A program made the position numbers and the translations under genes. From Candidatus Moranbacteria bacterium CG10_big_fil_rev_8_21_14_0_10_35_21 (GTDB lineage Bacteria; Patescibacteriota; Minisyncoccia; Moranbacterales; UBA2206): a stretch of 53,991 nt of DNA. The notes below the pieces were generated by a model that was not told where the DNA came from, did no database searches, and saw only the letters and a program-made list of their open reading frames with translations. Shown one piece after another: positions 38,189 through 47,687 of the stretch (its first letter is position 1; each line of letters begins with the position of its first letter). The DNA is taken from assembly GCA_002773095.1 (NCBI GenBank), contig PFCG01000029.1, positions 1-53,991 of the forward strand, in the 5' to 3' direction.

Positions 38189-38887
38189 ATGGAAACTCTC
38201 CATTCAAAAAAAATAACTAAGGCCACTTCTACTTCTGCAACCCAGCAGATTATTGATATTGCTGAGGTTAAAGAAGACACGGTGGTGCTTAAAAATGGCT
38301 CTTTCCGAGCTATTTTAACCGTTTCGGCTATTAACTATGACCTAAAATCCAGCGACGAGCAGGAGGCTATTATCAATCAATATCAAAACTTTCTAAATTC
38401 TCTGGATTTTCCCACTCAAATCATTATTAGCTCCCGTAAAATCAATATGGATAAATACTTGGATTTTTTGGAAACCAAAGAAAAAAGTCAGCCTAATGAA
38501 CTTTTGCGTTTGCAAATTTCCGAATATCGCAATTTTATTTCCGAACTTATTTCCGTTTCCAATATTATGGATAAAAATTTTTATATTGTCGTTCCTTTTG
38601 CTCCTCTGGAAAATACCGAAGCAGGCTTTTTCAGCAAAATGTTTACCATTTTCAATCCTCGCAAGGGAATTCTGCAAAAAAGAGAAAACTTTGAGACTTA
38701 TCGTAGTCAGCTCTATCAGCGAGTGGATCATATCACCGCCAGCTTATCCGGGATTGGAGTGCGCGTTATTCCACTTAAAACTCAAGAGATTATTGAACTT
38801 CTCTACAATTCCTACAATCCACAAGTTTTCACCCCAACCGATTTGGCAGACATTTCCAAACTTGATCTTAAAAACCAACTAAATTAA
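38189..38887 (+). CDS. VirB4-associated (TraC/TraE N-terminal-like) protein
   Basis: INYDLKSSDEQEAII..YQNFLNSLDFP.QI; lies between prgI and VirB4. Confidence 0.7.
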   Translation: METLHSKKITKATSTSATQQIIDIAEVKEDTVVLKNGSFRAILTVSAINYDLKSSDEQEAIINQYQNFLNSLDFPTQIIISSRKINMDKYLDFLETKEKSQPNELLRLQISEYRNFISELISVSNIMDKNFYIVVPFAPLENTEAGFFSKMFTIFNPRKGILQKRENFETYRSQLYQRVDHITASLSGIGVRVIPLKTQEIIELLYNSYNPQVFTPTDLADISKLDLKNQLN

Positions 38888-38891
38888 ATTG

Positions 38892-40715
38892 ATGCTTGAT
38901 TTTTTAAATAAAAACAAAAAGACTAAAGAACCTAAACAAACGGATGAGGTTATTGAAAGTGAAAAATACTATCGGGAAGGTGTCACCAAACTTATTGATT
39001 TAATTTCTCCAGCCGCCATAAAAGTAACTCCCAAAAGTATTCAAGTCGGGGAAGTTATGGCTGAAACCCTTTTTGTCATCACTTACCCACGCTATCTTCA
39101 TAGTAATTGGTTTTCTCCTATTATCAATATGGATATGCCGTTGGATATTTCTATGTTTGTTCACCCTATTGATACTTATGATATTCTTAAGACTCTTCGA
39201 AAAAGTGCTACCCAAGTTCAATCGCAAGTGCATATTGAACAAGAAAAGGGCTTAATTCGTGATCCAGCTCTGGAAACGGCTATGCAGGATATTGAAGAAT
39301 TACGCGATAAGCTTCAGCAAGGAACCGAAAAATTTTTCCGTTATGGTCTCTATATAACTGTTTATGGGCAAACTGAAAAAGAATTAAACAAATCAGTTAA
39401 GGCTATCACCGCTATTTTAGAAGCTCAATTGGTTTATGTGAAACCGGCCATTTTCAAATCAGAACAGGGATTTAATTCTTCCCTACCTTTAGGTAATGAT
39501 GAATTGGATGTGGGCACCAGTATGAATTCTGCTCCTTTATCCACCACTTTTCCTTTTGTTTCTTCCACTTTATCTACTGAAGAGGGTATTCTTTATGGAA
39601 TTAATCGCCACAACAATAGTTTGATTATTTTTGATCGCTTTAAAATGGAAAATGCCAATATGGTAGTTTTCGCCAAATCAGGAGCCGGAAAAAGTTATAC
39701 AGTTAAATTGGAAGTGCTTCGCTCTCTAATGATTGGCACTGAAGTGATTATTATTGATCCGGAAAATGAATATAAACATCTCTGCGAAACAGTGGGGGGC
39801 ACTTTTATTAAAATTTCCCTAAATTCTAAAAACCATCTTAATCCTTTTGATTTGCCAAAAGTAGGGGAGGAAGATGATCCCGAAGATATTTTAAGAAATA
39901 ATATTGCTAATCTAATTGGGTTACTTCACATTATGCTGGGTAGTATCACACCAGAAGAAGATTCTATTTTAGACCGAGCTATTCATGAAACATATTCTAT
40001 TAAGGATATTACCGCTCAAGCTAATCTAAATGCTATCCCAAAAGAATCTTTCCCAACTATGTCTGATTTATATGAAGTTTTACGCAATATGTCTGGAGGA
40101 GAAGATTTAGCTATTCGTTTGGAAAAATATACCCAAGGAGTTTTCGCCGGATTTTTGAATAATGCCACTAATGTCAAAGTAGATAATGCTTTGGTAGTTT
40201 TTAATATTCGCGATATGGAAGAAGATTTGCGTCCGGTAGCGATGTATGTGGTCCTACAATTTATTTGGAATGAAATGAGAACTAATCTGAAAAGAAGAAT
40301 GGTTCTGGCTGATGAAGCTTGGGTGATGATGAAATATGACGATGCCGCTTCTTTCCTTTTTGGAATTGCCAAACGTTGCCGAAAATATTTCACCGGTCTC
40401 ACTACTATTACTCAAGATGTTAATGATTTTTTATCCTCCCGCTATGGCAAGCCGATTGTCACTAACTCTTCAATTCAACTTCTTCTAAAACAATCTCCAG
40501 CCGCTATTGATGTAATTACGGAAACTTTCTATCTTACCGATCAGGAAAAATTTCTACTCTTAGAAAGCAACGTAGGAGAAGGTATATTTTTTGCCGGCAC
40601 TAAGCATGTAGCTATTAAAGTTATTGCTTCCTATTCGGAAGATCAGATAATTACTACTGATCCAGCCCAACTCTTAGAAATTGAACAATCCAAGAAAGAA
40701 TTTGATAATGAATAA
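38892..40715 (+). CDS. VirB4-like type IV secretion ATPase
   Basis: Walker A AKSGAGKS, IIIDPENEY, Walker B ADEAW, KRCRKY, TQD. Confidence 0.9.
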   Translation: MLDFLNKNKKTKEPKQTDEVIESEKYYREGVTKLIDLISPAAIKVTPKSIQVGEVMAETLFVITYPRYLHSNWFSPIINMDMPLDISMFVHPIDTYDILKTLRKSATQVQSQVHIEQEKGLIRDPALETAMQDIEELRDKLQQGTEKFFRYGLYITVYGQTEKELNKSVKAITAILEAQLVYVKPAIFKSEQGFNSSLPLGNDELDVGTSMNSAPLSTTFPFVSSTLSTEEGILYGINRHNNSLIIFDRFKMENANMVVFAKSGAGKSYTVKLEVLRSLMIGTEVIIIDPENEYKHLCETVGGTFIKISLNSKNHLNPFDLPKVGEEDDPEDILRNNIANLIGLLHIMLGSITPEEDSILDRAIHETYSIKDITAQANLNAIPKESFPTMSDLYEVLRNMSGGEDLAIRLEKYTQGVFAGFLNNATNVKVDNALVVFNIRDMEEDLRPVAMYVVLQFIWNEMRTNLKRRMVLADEAWVMMKYDDAASFLFGIAKRCRKYFTGLTTITQDVNDFLSSRYGKPIVTNSSIQLLLKQSPAAIDVITETFYLTDQEKFLLLESNVGEGIFFAGTKHVAIKVIASYSEDQIITTDPAQLLEIEQSKKEFDNE

Positions 40716-40729
40716 ACTTAGAAAATTTT

Positions 40730-41215
40730 ATGCCTACACCAACGGCTGAACAGATACGTCAGGCAGATAAATTACAAGAAGCCAGACAATCTGTCAAAAA
40801 AAATCCCATTAAAAAGATCAAAGAAGTAGCCGAGGCTCTTTCTCTGGGACAATATTTTAATCCTTTTATTGACTGGCTATACGGAATCGCTTTATCCCTG
40901 GCTATACTGAAAGATATCTTAGATTTAGCTATGATTGGGTCCTTACCAGGAATTGGATCAATCATCACTGCTATGATATCCATTACAATTGGATTTATTA
41001 TGTTTATCACCGGATCATCCAGTAACAAAAGAATGGCTAAATCTATTTTTAAACGTTATGGAACAATTCTAATTGGTTCCCTATTAGAGTTAGTTTTCGG
41101 AATTAATTTTCTCCCAATAGAAACCTGCATTGTAATCATTGTTTTTTATTTAACCTTGAAGGAAAGACAGCAAATTGCTGTTGAAAAACAACAACTCAAA
41201 GAAAGTTATGCCTAA
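40730..41215 (+). CDS. hypothetical membrane protein
   Basis: KDILD..PGIG, E...G.NFLP segments within TM helices. Confidence 0.7.
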   Translation: MPTPTAEQIRQADKLQEARQSVKKNPIKKIKEVAEALSLGQYFNPFIDWLYGIALSLAILKDILDLAMIGSLPGIGSIITAMISITIGFIMFITGSSSNKRMAKSIFKRYGTILIGSLLELVFGINFLPIETCIVIIVFYLTLKERQQIAVEKQQLKESYA

Positions 41216-41870
41216 ATTTAATTACAAATTATATCTAACTAAAGAAACAATCATCACTTCTTTGATTATTTTTGCGTCCTTAGGGTTATTTATTTTTTTT
41301 CCTAGCTCTGACTCAGCTCAAACCCTTACCAGCTATCTTTTTTTTCTGTTTTTGATTCCAGTGGGTTGTGCCAAGTTTTTTTTGAATAAAAATTTAAAGG
41401 ATTTTGGTTTTACGTTAAAAATAAATAAAGAAGGTATTTTTTGGACTATTGGAATGTTAATAGTTTCTCTTTTAGCTTTTTATATTTTGACTAACTATAC
41501 TAATTTTTCCTCCTCCTATATATTGCCAACTAGTATTTTAAATAATTTTTGGCTTTTTTTAATCTATGAATTGATTTTTTTTAATATGTTTTTCATTTTT
41601 CAGGAATTTTTCTTTAAAGGTTTTGTGCTTTTCTCTCTCAGAGAAAAGTTGGGCTGGTTTTCCGTCCTAATTTCCGCTATTATATATACAGGGCTAGTAT
41701 TTGGAACTGATGGATTGGCCTTAAAAAACATTCCTTTGATTATTCTAGCCATTACCGGATCTGTTGTGGCTTACAAATCAAATTCAGTGGTCTATGCTTA
41801 TCTAATGGGAATATTATTTTTCATAATTGCCAACTCATATTTTATATATTATTTAAACAACCAACTATGA
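41208..41870 (+). CDS. CPBP/Abi family intramembrane protease-like protein (degenerate motifs)
   Basis: LKDFGF, QEFFFKG (canonical EExxxRG), multiple TM helices. Confidence 0.6.
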   Translation: MPKFNYKLYLTKETIITSLIIFASLGLFIFFPSSDSAQTLTSYLFFLFLIPVGCAKFFLNKNLKDFGFTLKINKEGIFWTIGMLIVSLLAFYILTNYTNFSSSYILPTSILNNFWLFLIYELIFFNMFFIFQEFFFKGFVLFSLREKLGWFSVLISAIIYTGLVFGTDGLALKNIPLIILAITGSVVAYKSNSVVYAYLMGILFFIIANSYFIYYLNNQL

Positions 41871-44260
41871 AAAAACTTAAATCTTTATCAAAAATATTTT
41901 TAGTGAGTTTAATGATTTTTTTTGTTGCTTTTCCAGCTTACGCCACTTCCCTTAGTGACAGCCCTAAGCAAATATGGGACGACATGCTTAAAGATTTAGG
42001 AATTAATACTGGAGAAGGAAGCTCCTTAGAAAAATCAATTAAATTATTCAACACTTCGTCATATAAAAAATCTTCTCCCCAAGTCTCTCTTACTTTTTCA
42101 CCAGAAAATCCGGAACCAGGAGAAGAAGTAACTGCCACAGCCATTCCTTTGTATTTTATGAATGATCCTTCTAATCTTTATTATACATGGGCTCTCAAGC
42201 GAAAAGCATGTTTTAAGAAACCAGAATGTGATTACAACGCAAATGGCGATTATGATATTGAAGATTATAAGATAGAGGCGGCTAGAATAATTGCTAGTAA
42301 TGGATTTGATTGGAGAGAAGCTGCTGAAAATGGAGAATATGATCAGATTCCATCCTATACTCCAGATCAGGATGGTTATAAAGCTTATCATGGTGGGAAT
42401 GATCAAAGGAAAAAGCAGAATATTGCTCAGTGTTTTGTGCATAATCCTGAAACAGGCAAGGAATTCAAACTTCGAAAATGTGCCCATTTATTCCCGAACG
42501 CTCCAAATCTAAGTTTAGCTGAAACAAATGTTGATTTTGGATTAGACAAAGAAAAATTTTGGCATACCGACCCAAACAACCCTGATACAGCTGGAACAGG
42601 AAATAGCGATGAAGCTAATGTTATTGGTTTAGGCGTTATTAGTTTTACTTGGATATATCAAAGTGATGACAAAATCGGACTTGCTGTAGAAGGAATTTCC
42701 ATAGAACCAACCGAAGCATATGATTCTACCTACCAAACTATGTGGGGATTTTTAGAGCAACCATGCTATAAAGAAAAGTATTATGAACTGGATACTAAAG
42801 TTCTACTTAACCAATGTTTGCAAGAGCAAATGATTACTCCTTTCGAAGGAGGAAAAGCTAAAATTTTAGATGTTGCTTTATCCTTTTCACCAGAAACCCC
42901 TACTAATGATCCGGAAGGAAAAAATGGTGCCTACTTAATGGTTAATTCCTATGTTCAAAATTCTAAAAATAAAAATTATCTTAAATATAACTGGTCAGTT
43001 TATACAAGCACTGAAGCAAATGCTATTGCCTTAGATAATATTGAAAGCACTTGGATAGGACCAAAAATGCGTCTTCTTGGCAATCCGAAAACCACAGGGG
43101 TTGGACTAAACTCATTTAAATTAAATTTAAATTTTCCCGATACGAATATTAAATTTCTTAAAATAAAAGTTACTGTCACGGAAAATCTTATTGGAGGAAA
43201 AAAGAAAAAGGGCACAGGCTATGCAATTATTCCAATTACTAACACATCTAAAAAAATAGATGCTTACTTGGCCAAGGTTTCTGCAAACACTACTACTGAT
43301 GACATTGCTAAGACAAAAACAACTAATTACACTATTACTAATGAAGAAACGGCTATTTGCAAGGTTTCTGTTATTTGCCCGGTAGCTAAAAATGAAATTT
43401 TAGCTCTACAAATATCTAATGAGGATGATGCTCTTTCTAATTTTTCTTGGATGATCAACGATAAACCTCTATCTTGTCTAATTGATGAATGTAAGAGTAA
43501 TGGTGAAGCTACCAATAAAGCATACTTTCCTATTTTAGGCGAAATTGGAACTCAATATTCAGTTAATTTGACTGCCGAAAAAGAAATCACATCGAAGAAC
43601 AATAGCGATAAATCACAGGAAAAAGTTAATTTAACCAAAGTTTTTGAAGTAGTAGAGCCGGAAATTAATATTATCTCCGCTGATAAATCTACTTGCCAAG
43701 CAAAAATATGGGGACATTATGTAGATAATGACGGCGATTTATTTCCCGACAAAAGTGAGGATGAATTTCAAGCTATTTCCGGATCCGAAGTGCAACTTTC
43801 CTCTGCATCCAGTATTATCTCAAATGATATCACCTGGTATATTGATGGTATAGCCATTAATGACGAAACTGCTCCTTTTTTTGGAGCTTCTCTTGATAGC
43901 GAGACTGGCAACTTAACTTTCAAAGCGAATAAACCAGTTGGAGAATCTTATTCAATTTCAGCTGAAAGCTTATATATGCAGAACAATAGTGTCCGAAAGT
44001 TATTAAGTGAAAACTTTGGGATTGCCTCTAGCGATTTTTATGAAAAAATGATTTCCAAGACTATCACTATTGATATGGTAGAGTCTTTATCTGGCAGTAC
44101 CACTGCTAAAGCTATCGGCAATAAAAAAATACTAGCTTCTCTTTTTTCCGGAATGCCAATTTATCTTAATTTCCTTTTTCGCATAGTTTTGACTTCCTTC
44201 TTGTTTTTCTTTGTTATTAAAATTATTTTTAACCTACTCCCCAAAACTAATGAGAACTAA
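41867..44260 (+). CDS. large Cys-rich surface protein with Ig-like segments and a C-terminal TM helix
   Basis: Signal peptide, repeated 'LTFSPE.P..' and 'Y.W' beta-strand motifs, many Cys, C-terminal anchor. Confidence 0.7.
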   Translation: MKKLKSLSKIFLVSLMIFFVAFPAYATSLSDSPKQIWDDMLKDLGINTGEGSSLEKSIKLFNTSSYKKSSPQVSLTFSPENPEPGEEVTATAIPLYFMNDPSNLYYTWALKRKACFKKPECDYNANGDYDIEDYKIEAARIIASNGFDWREAAENGEYDQIPSYTPDQDGYKAYHGGNDQRKKQNIAQCFVHNPETGKEFKLRKCAHLFPNAPNLSLAETNVDFGLDKEKFWHTDPNNPDTAGTGNSDEANVIGLGVISFTWIYQSDDKIGLAVEGISIEPTEAYDSTYQTMWGFLEQPCYKEKYYELDTKVLLNQCLQEQMITPFEGGKAKILDVALSFSPETPTNDPEGKNGAYLMVNSYVQNSKNKNYLKYNWSVYTSTEANAIALDNIESTWIGPKMRLLGNPKTTGVGLNSFKLNLNFPDTNIKFLKIKVTVTENLIGGKKKKGTGYAIIPITNTSKKIDAYLAKVSANTTTDDIAKTKTTNYTITNEETAICKVSVICPVAKNEILALQISNEDDALSNFSWMINDKPLSCLIDECKSNGEATNKAYFPILGEIGTQYSVNLTAEKEITSKNNSDKSQEKVNLTKVFEVVEPEINIISADKSTCQAKIWGHYVDNDGDLFPDKSEDEFQAISGSEVQLSSASSIISNDITWYIDGIAINDETAPFFGASLDSETGNLTFKANKPVGESYSISAESLYMQNNSVRKLLSENFGIASSDFYEKMISKTITIDMVESLSGSTTAKAIGNKKILASLFSGMPIYLNFLFRIVLTSFLFFFVIKIIFNLLPKTNEN

Positions 44261-45134
44261 TCGTTTTTCTAAAATTTTCCTGAGTTTAATTTTTTGTCTG
44301 TTTTTTGTCTTGCCTTTTTTATCTTTAGCAGCTTCCGAGGCACCTGACCTCACCAAAGATTCATTCCAATACACTCAAATGGAAAGTTTACCTGGGTTTG
44401 CCGATACTTCCGATTTTTACGTTTATATTTCCAACCTTTATAAACTAGGCATCTGGGCAGTAGGCATTTCCGCTATGCTGATGATTGTCATTGGTGGTTA
44501 TATGTATGCTACTTCAGCTGGCAACAATGCTTCTATGGAAAAAGCTAAGGAAGTAATTACTGACGCCCTAATTGGACTAATTTTAGCTATGACTTCTTAT
44601 GTGCTTCTTTATATTATTAACCCTGATTTAGTAAGAATACAAAGGCTAAAAACTCCCCTTCCTGAACCCAAAACGCAACAAGAAGAAAATCCCGAAGCGG
44701 GTGCCGAAACACCCTTGAAAACCACTGCCAATGGATGCTTGGACAACCCAGCTATCTCATGCATAGATTGCTTTGATTGCGGAAAAGTAGATACTTCAAA
44801 CGTTCCATGTAAAGAAAACCCTTGTTTACTTAATAAAGTCTTATTGACTAAAATAGAGGATGTGCCCGCTGGAAACTGGCAAATAACCGAACCATGGCCA
44901 CCCACAGTTAAACACTTAAGTCCGTGCCATCAGAATGGAACTTGTGCTGATATTAATCTTACTCTCGCTGATGAGAAAGGTGTTCCTAAACATGTTAAAA
45001 AACTTTACGACCAACTAAAAAAAGCTGGTTTATATGTAGTTTTTGAAAGCGCTAATTGCGCACCATATACTAATTTAGGAGTTAATTGTAAATATTATAA
45101 GACAATGACTAGTCCTTCTTTCCATGTTAAATAA
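44250..45134 (+). CDS. VirB2/TrbC-like pilin fused to a Cys-rich putative zinc peptidase (M15-like) domain
   Basis: AMLMIVIGGYMYATSAGN...EKAKEVITDALIGLIL...Y.LL..INPDL pilin signature; C-terminal SPCHQNGTCAD...SFHV. Confidence 0.75.
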   Translation: MRTNRFSKIFLSLIFCLFFVLPFLSLAASEAPDLTKDSFQYTQMESLPGFADTSDFYVYISNLYKLGIWAVGISAMLMIVIGGYMYATSAGNNASMEKAKEVITDALIGLILAMTSYVLLYIINPDLVRIQRLKTPLPEPKTQQEENPEAGAETPLKTTANGCLDNPAISCIDCFDCGKVDTSNVPCKENPCLLNKVLLTKIEDVPAGNWQITEPWPPTVKHLSPCHQNGTCADINLTLADEKGVPKHVKKLYDQLKKAGLYVVFESANCAPYTNLGVNCKYYKTMTSPSFHVK

Positions 45135-45141
45135 ATATTTT

Positions 45142-46275
45142 ATGCTTAAAAAAACTTTCTTGATTTCTGCTATTAGCTTTGGGGTGATTTTACTCCTTTG
45201 GGGTATTTATTTTCTATCTTTCCAAAAACCTTCTGTAAAAGACTCTAGTCAAGATGAATCTGAGACTGTTCAGGAGATAGCTGAGCCCATAATTCCTAAA
45301 ACTGGAAAGCTTGTAGCTATTACCGAAGAAGCGGTTTTGGCCCCCACCATCAATGAAACTGAGGATGGTATTAAATATTACAACAAAAATACTGGGCAAG
45401 TTTTTCAGGTTGATTTTGATGGAGACGGCAAAGAAACCCTTTCTAGCAAAGAACTTTCAGGAATTTTAAATATTTTTTGGTCTCCGGATAAAACTAAAGT
45501 TCTTTCTAGAAATAATGTTAATGGCGCCGAAAGATATGGCTACTATTCTTATGAAGAAGTTATGGGGGGACTTTTACACGAAAACATTCAATCCCTTAGT
45601 TGGCAGAACAATAGAAAAATTATTTATTCTTTCTTTAATACGGTAACTAAAAAAGATTCTCTTAATATGGCTGATTATGATGGCGCTAATTGGTCTAAAA
45701 TATCCGACCTAGACTCTTCTTCAATATTTCTAGCGCCTATTCCTAAAACTGGTCTTATTTCTTTCTGGAACGAACCTGATGCTTCCCAAGAATCAAAACT
45801 TTCTTCTGTTCCCACTATTGGAGGAGAAATTAAGATTATTTCCAGTGGAAATTTTGGAGCCGACTATCTATGGAATGAAGATGGAACACTGGCTTTATCC
45901 AGTCATTCTGATTCTAAAAATGGTTTAAAAATGCAATTAGGATCTTTTTCGGCTGACGGATCAAATTATAAGGATTTGGACCTACCAACCTTTATTTCTA
46001 AGTGTATTTGGAAAAATACTCAATCTGTTTATTGTGCTCTTCCTTCATCTATTCCAGAAAATTCCGTTCTTCCTAACAGTTATTACCAAGGGAATTTCAA
46101 TACCACTGATACTTTCTGGGAAATAGATGTTTTAACTGGAGAGAAAAAAAGAATTGTTGACCTAAAAGAAATTAATGGACAATATGATGCTACCAACTTA
46201 TTCCTTTCGCCTGACAAAGGTTTCTTATTTTTCGTCAACCGAACTGACGAAAAACTTTATCGCATAGAGCTTTAA
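45142..46275 (+). CDS. membrane-anchored beta-propeller (TolB-like) protein
   Basis: N-terminal TM helix; WSPDKTK, LSPDKGFLFF repeats. Confidence 0.7.
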   Translation: MLKKTFLISAISFGVILLLWGIYFLSFQKPSVKDSSQDESETVQEIAEPIIPKTGKLVAITEEAVLAPTINETEDGIKYYNKNTGQVFQVDFDGDGKETLSSKELSGILNIFWSPDKTKVLSRNNVNGAERYGYYSYEEVMGGLLHENIQSLSWQNNRKIIYSFFNTVTKKDSLNMADYDGANWSKISDLDSSSIFLAPIPKTGLISFWNEPDASQESKLSSVPTIGGEIKIISSGNFGADYLWNEDGTLALSSHSDSKNGLKMQLGSFSADGSNYKDLDLPTFISKCIWKNTQSVYCALPSSIPENSVLPNSYYQGNFNTTDTFWEIDVLTGEKKRIVDLKEINGQYDATNLFLSPDKGFLFFVNRTDEKLYRIEL

Positions 46276-46313
46276 TCTAAAACTAAACAATCAGCCTATA
46301 TTCAATTAAGTTC

Positions 46314-46507
46314 TTCAGCCTTACGCAGTCTCAGCTATGAATCCAGCTGAAACGAGCGTTTAGAAACTCCTCACCGATTCAGCCATATTTATCCGCCTAT
46401 GGCGGAGGCTGACTTGGAGTTTTGGCGAGTAAAGTTAGGATTCATCTGAGACGGAGTTTGGCTGAGAGTTCTTTTTGTTTACTTTTTCTTGCGGAAAGAA
46501 AAAGTAA
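46314..46507. repeat. structured intergenic element, copy 2 (candidate ncRNA or MITE-like repeat)
   Basis: Homologous to 9322-9500; contains an extra TCCGCC-TAT-GGCGGA hairpin at 46392-46406. Confidence 0.8.
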
Positions 46508-46529
46508 GAAAGAAAAAAAATACTTAGCT

Positions 46530-47687
46530 TTAAAATTTTTTAATACCCATAAAAAAGAAAAGCCAAAAAACAATAGCTAAATCATTTTTAAAATAAGTGG
46601 TATCTACCATTCCATGAATCAAAATGTAAATTAAAATAGCTGTTGATAGGGTCGCCAAAGCGTTTTTATTAAAAACATTTTCGGATGTTTCTTTAATTCT
46701 TAAATAGATCAATCCTAAAAATCCAATTAACCCAGCTAGTCCACTTTGAAGCCAAAAACTCAAAAAAATATTATGGGGATGGGGGACAGCCCATTCTAAA
46801 TAAGGTGGAAAATATTTTTGATACTCTAAATATTTAGTTTGAAAGTTTCCTGGCCCAATACCTAGGAACCAATTATCTGAAATTATTTTCTCGGCAGCCT
46901 TCCATACCATCGTCCGAGAAGATAATGACGAACGCTCGGTAAAATGACTGAAATCATTATACTTATTTTTTCCTGCTTGAGAAAAAATAAATAACAGAAT
47001 AGCTACACCCAGAACAATGCCTATGGCTTTTAATTTTATTTTTTTATTCAGTCTAAGGAATATGATTATCGCTATGAAAACGCTGGCCCAAGCCGCATAA
47101 GAAAAAGTTAGATAAAAAGCTACCAAAATAATTGCTAAAGCAACTCCATATATTTTTTTATTTCTAGTATAAAGACCTACTCCAATTATTAGCGCTGGAG
47201 CTAAATACATCGCTAAATAATTAGGTGAATTGAAAAAAGCTTCCAGTCTTCCATCAAAGGTTATTAAATTAAGGAAAAAATAGCCCAAAGCTAAAGAAGC
47301 TACCACAAAAGAAGAAATAAAATAGCTTAGAAATATTTTTTCTTTTTTAACTTCTGTAATTGCTATGGCTGAAAAAATTATAGGGAACAAAAACCAACCT
47401 TTAATTATGCCTGCTCCAGCTGTATAGTTCTGATTAACCAAAGTGGAGATTAAGAGACCTAAAAAAATTAAAATAACCCAAAAAATATACTTTTTATATA
47501 CTCCTACACCTTTTTTTAAAAAAGCCACTTTATCCTTTTTTTTCAAAAGCCAGACTACAATTAAACTTGTCATAAGCACTTCCAATAAATTAGTAGGAAC
47601 GGAAAAAATATTAAATCGTATCAGATAAGTCGGTAATATTATAATTATGACACTAATTAAATTTTCTAAACTAAGATATTTTTTCAT
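46530..47687 (-). CDS. O-antigen ligase family (Wzy_C) protein
   Basis: F.SPNYLA, LTFS, R...W.....I...W.LGIGPGNF, HPHN. Confidence 0.85.
   Translation of the reverse strand: MKKYLSLENLISVIIIILPTYLIRFNIFSVPTNLLEVLMTSLIVVWLLKKKDKVAFLKKGVGVYKKYIFWVILIFLGLLISTLVNQNYTAGAGIIKGWFLFPIIFSAIAITEVKKEKIFLSYFISSFVVASLALGYFFLNLITFDGRLEAFFNSPNYLAMYLAPALIIGVGLYTRNKKIYGVALAIILVAFYLTFSYAAWASVFIAIIIFLRLNKKIKLKAIGIVLGVAILLFIFSQAGKNKYNDFSHFTERSSLSSRTMVWKAAEKIISDNWFLGIGPGNFQTKYLEYQKYFPPYLEWAVPHPHNIFLSFWLQSGLAGLIGFLGLIYLRIKETSENVFNKNALATLSTAILIYILIHGMVDTTYFKNDLAIVFWLFFFMGIKKF

Noticed and set aside
14240-46275. A single ICE running from the tRNA/Xer gene to the T4SS genes
   Set aside because: The interval is full of core genes (pcrA, rpsO, pnp, rsmA), and no attR or relaxase was seen.
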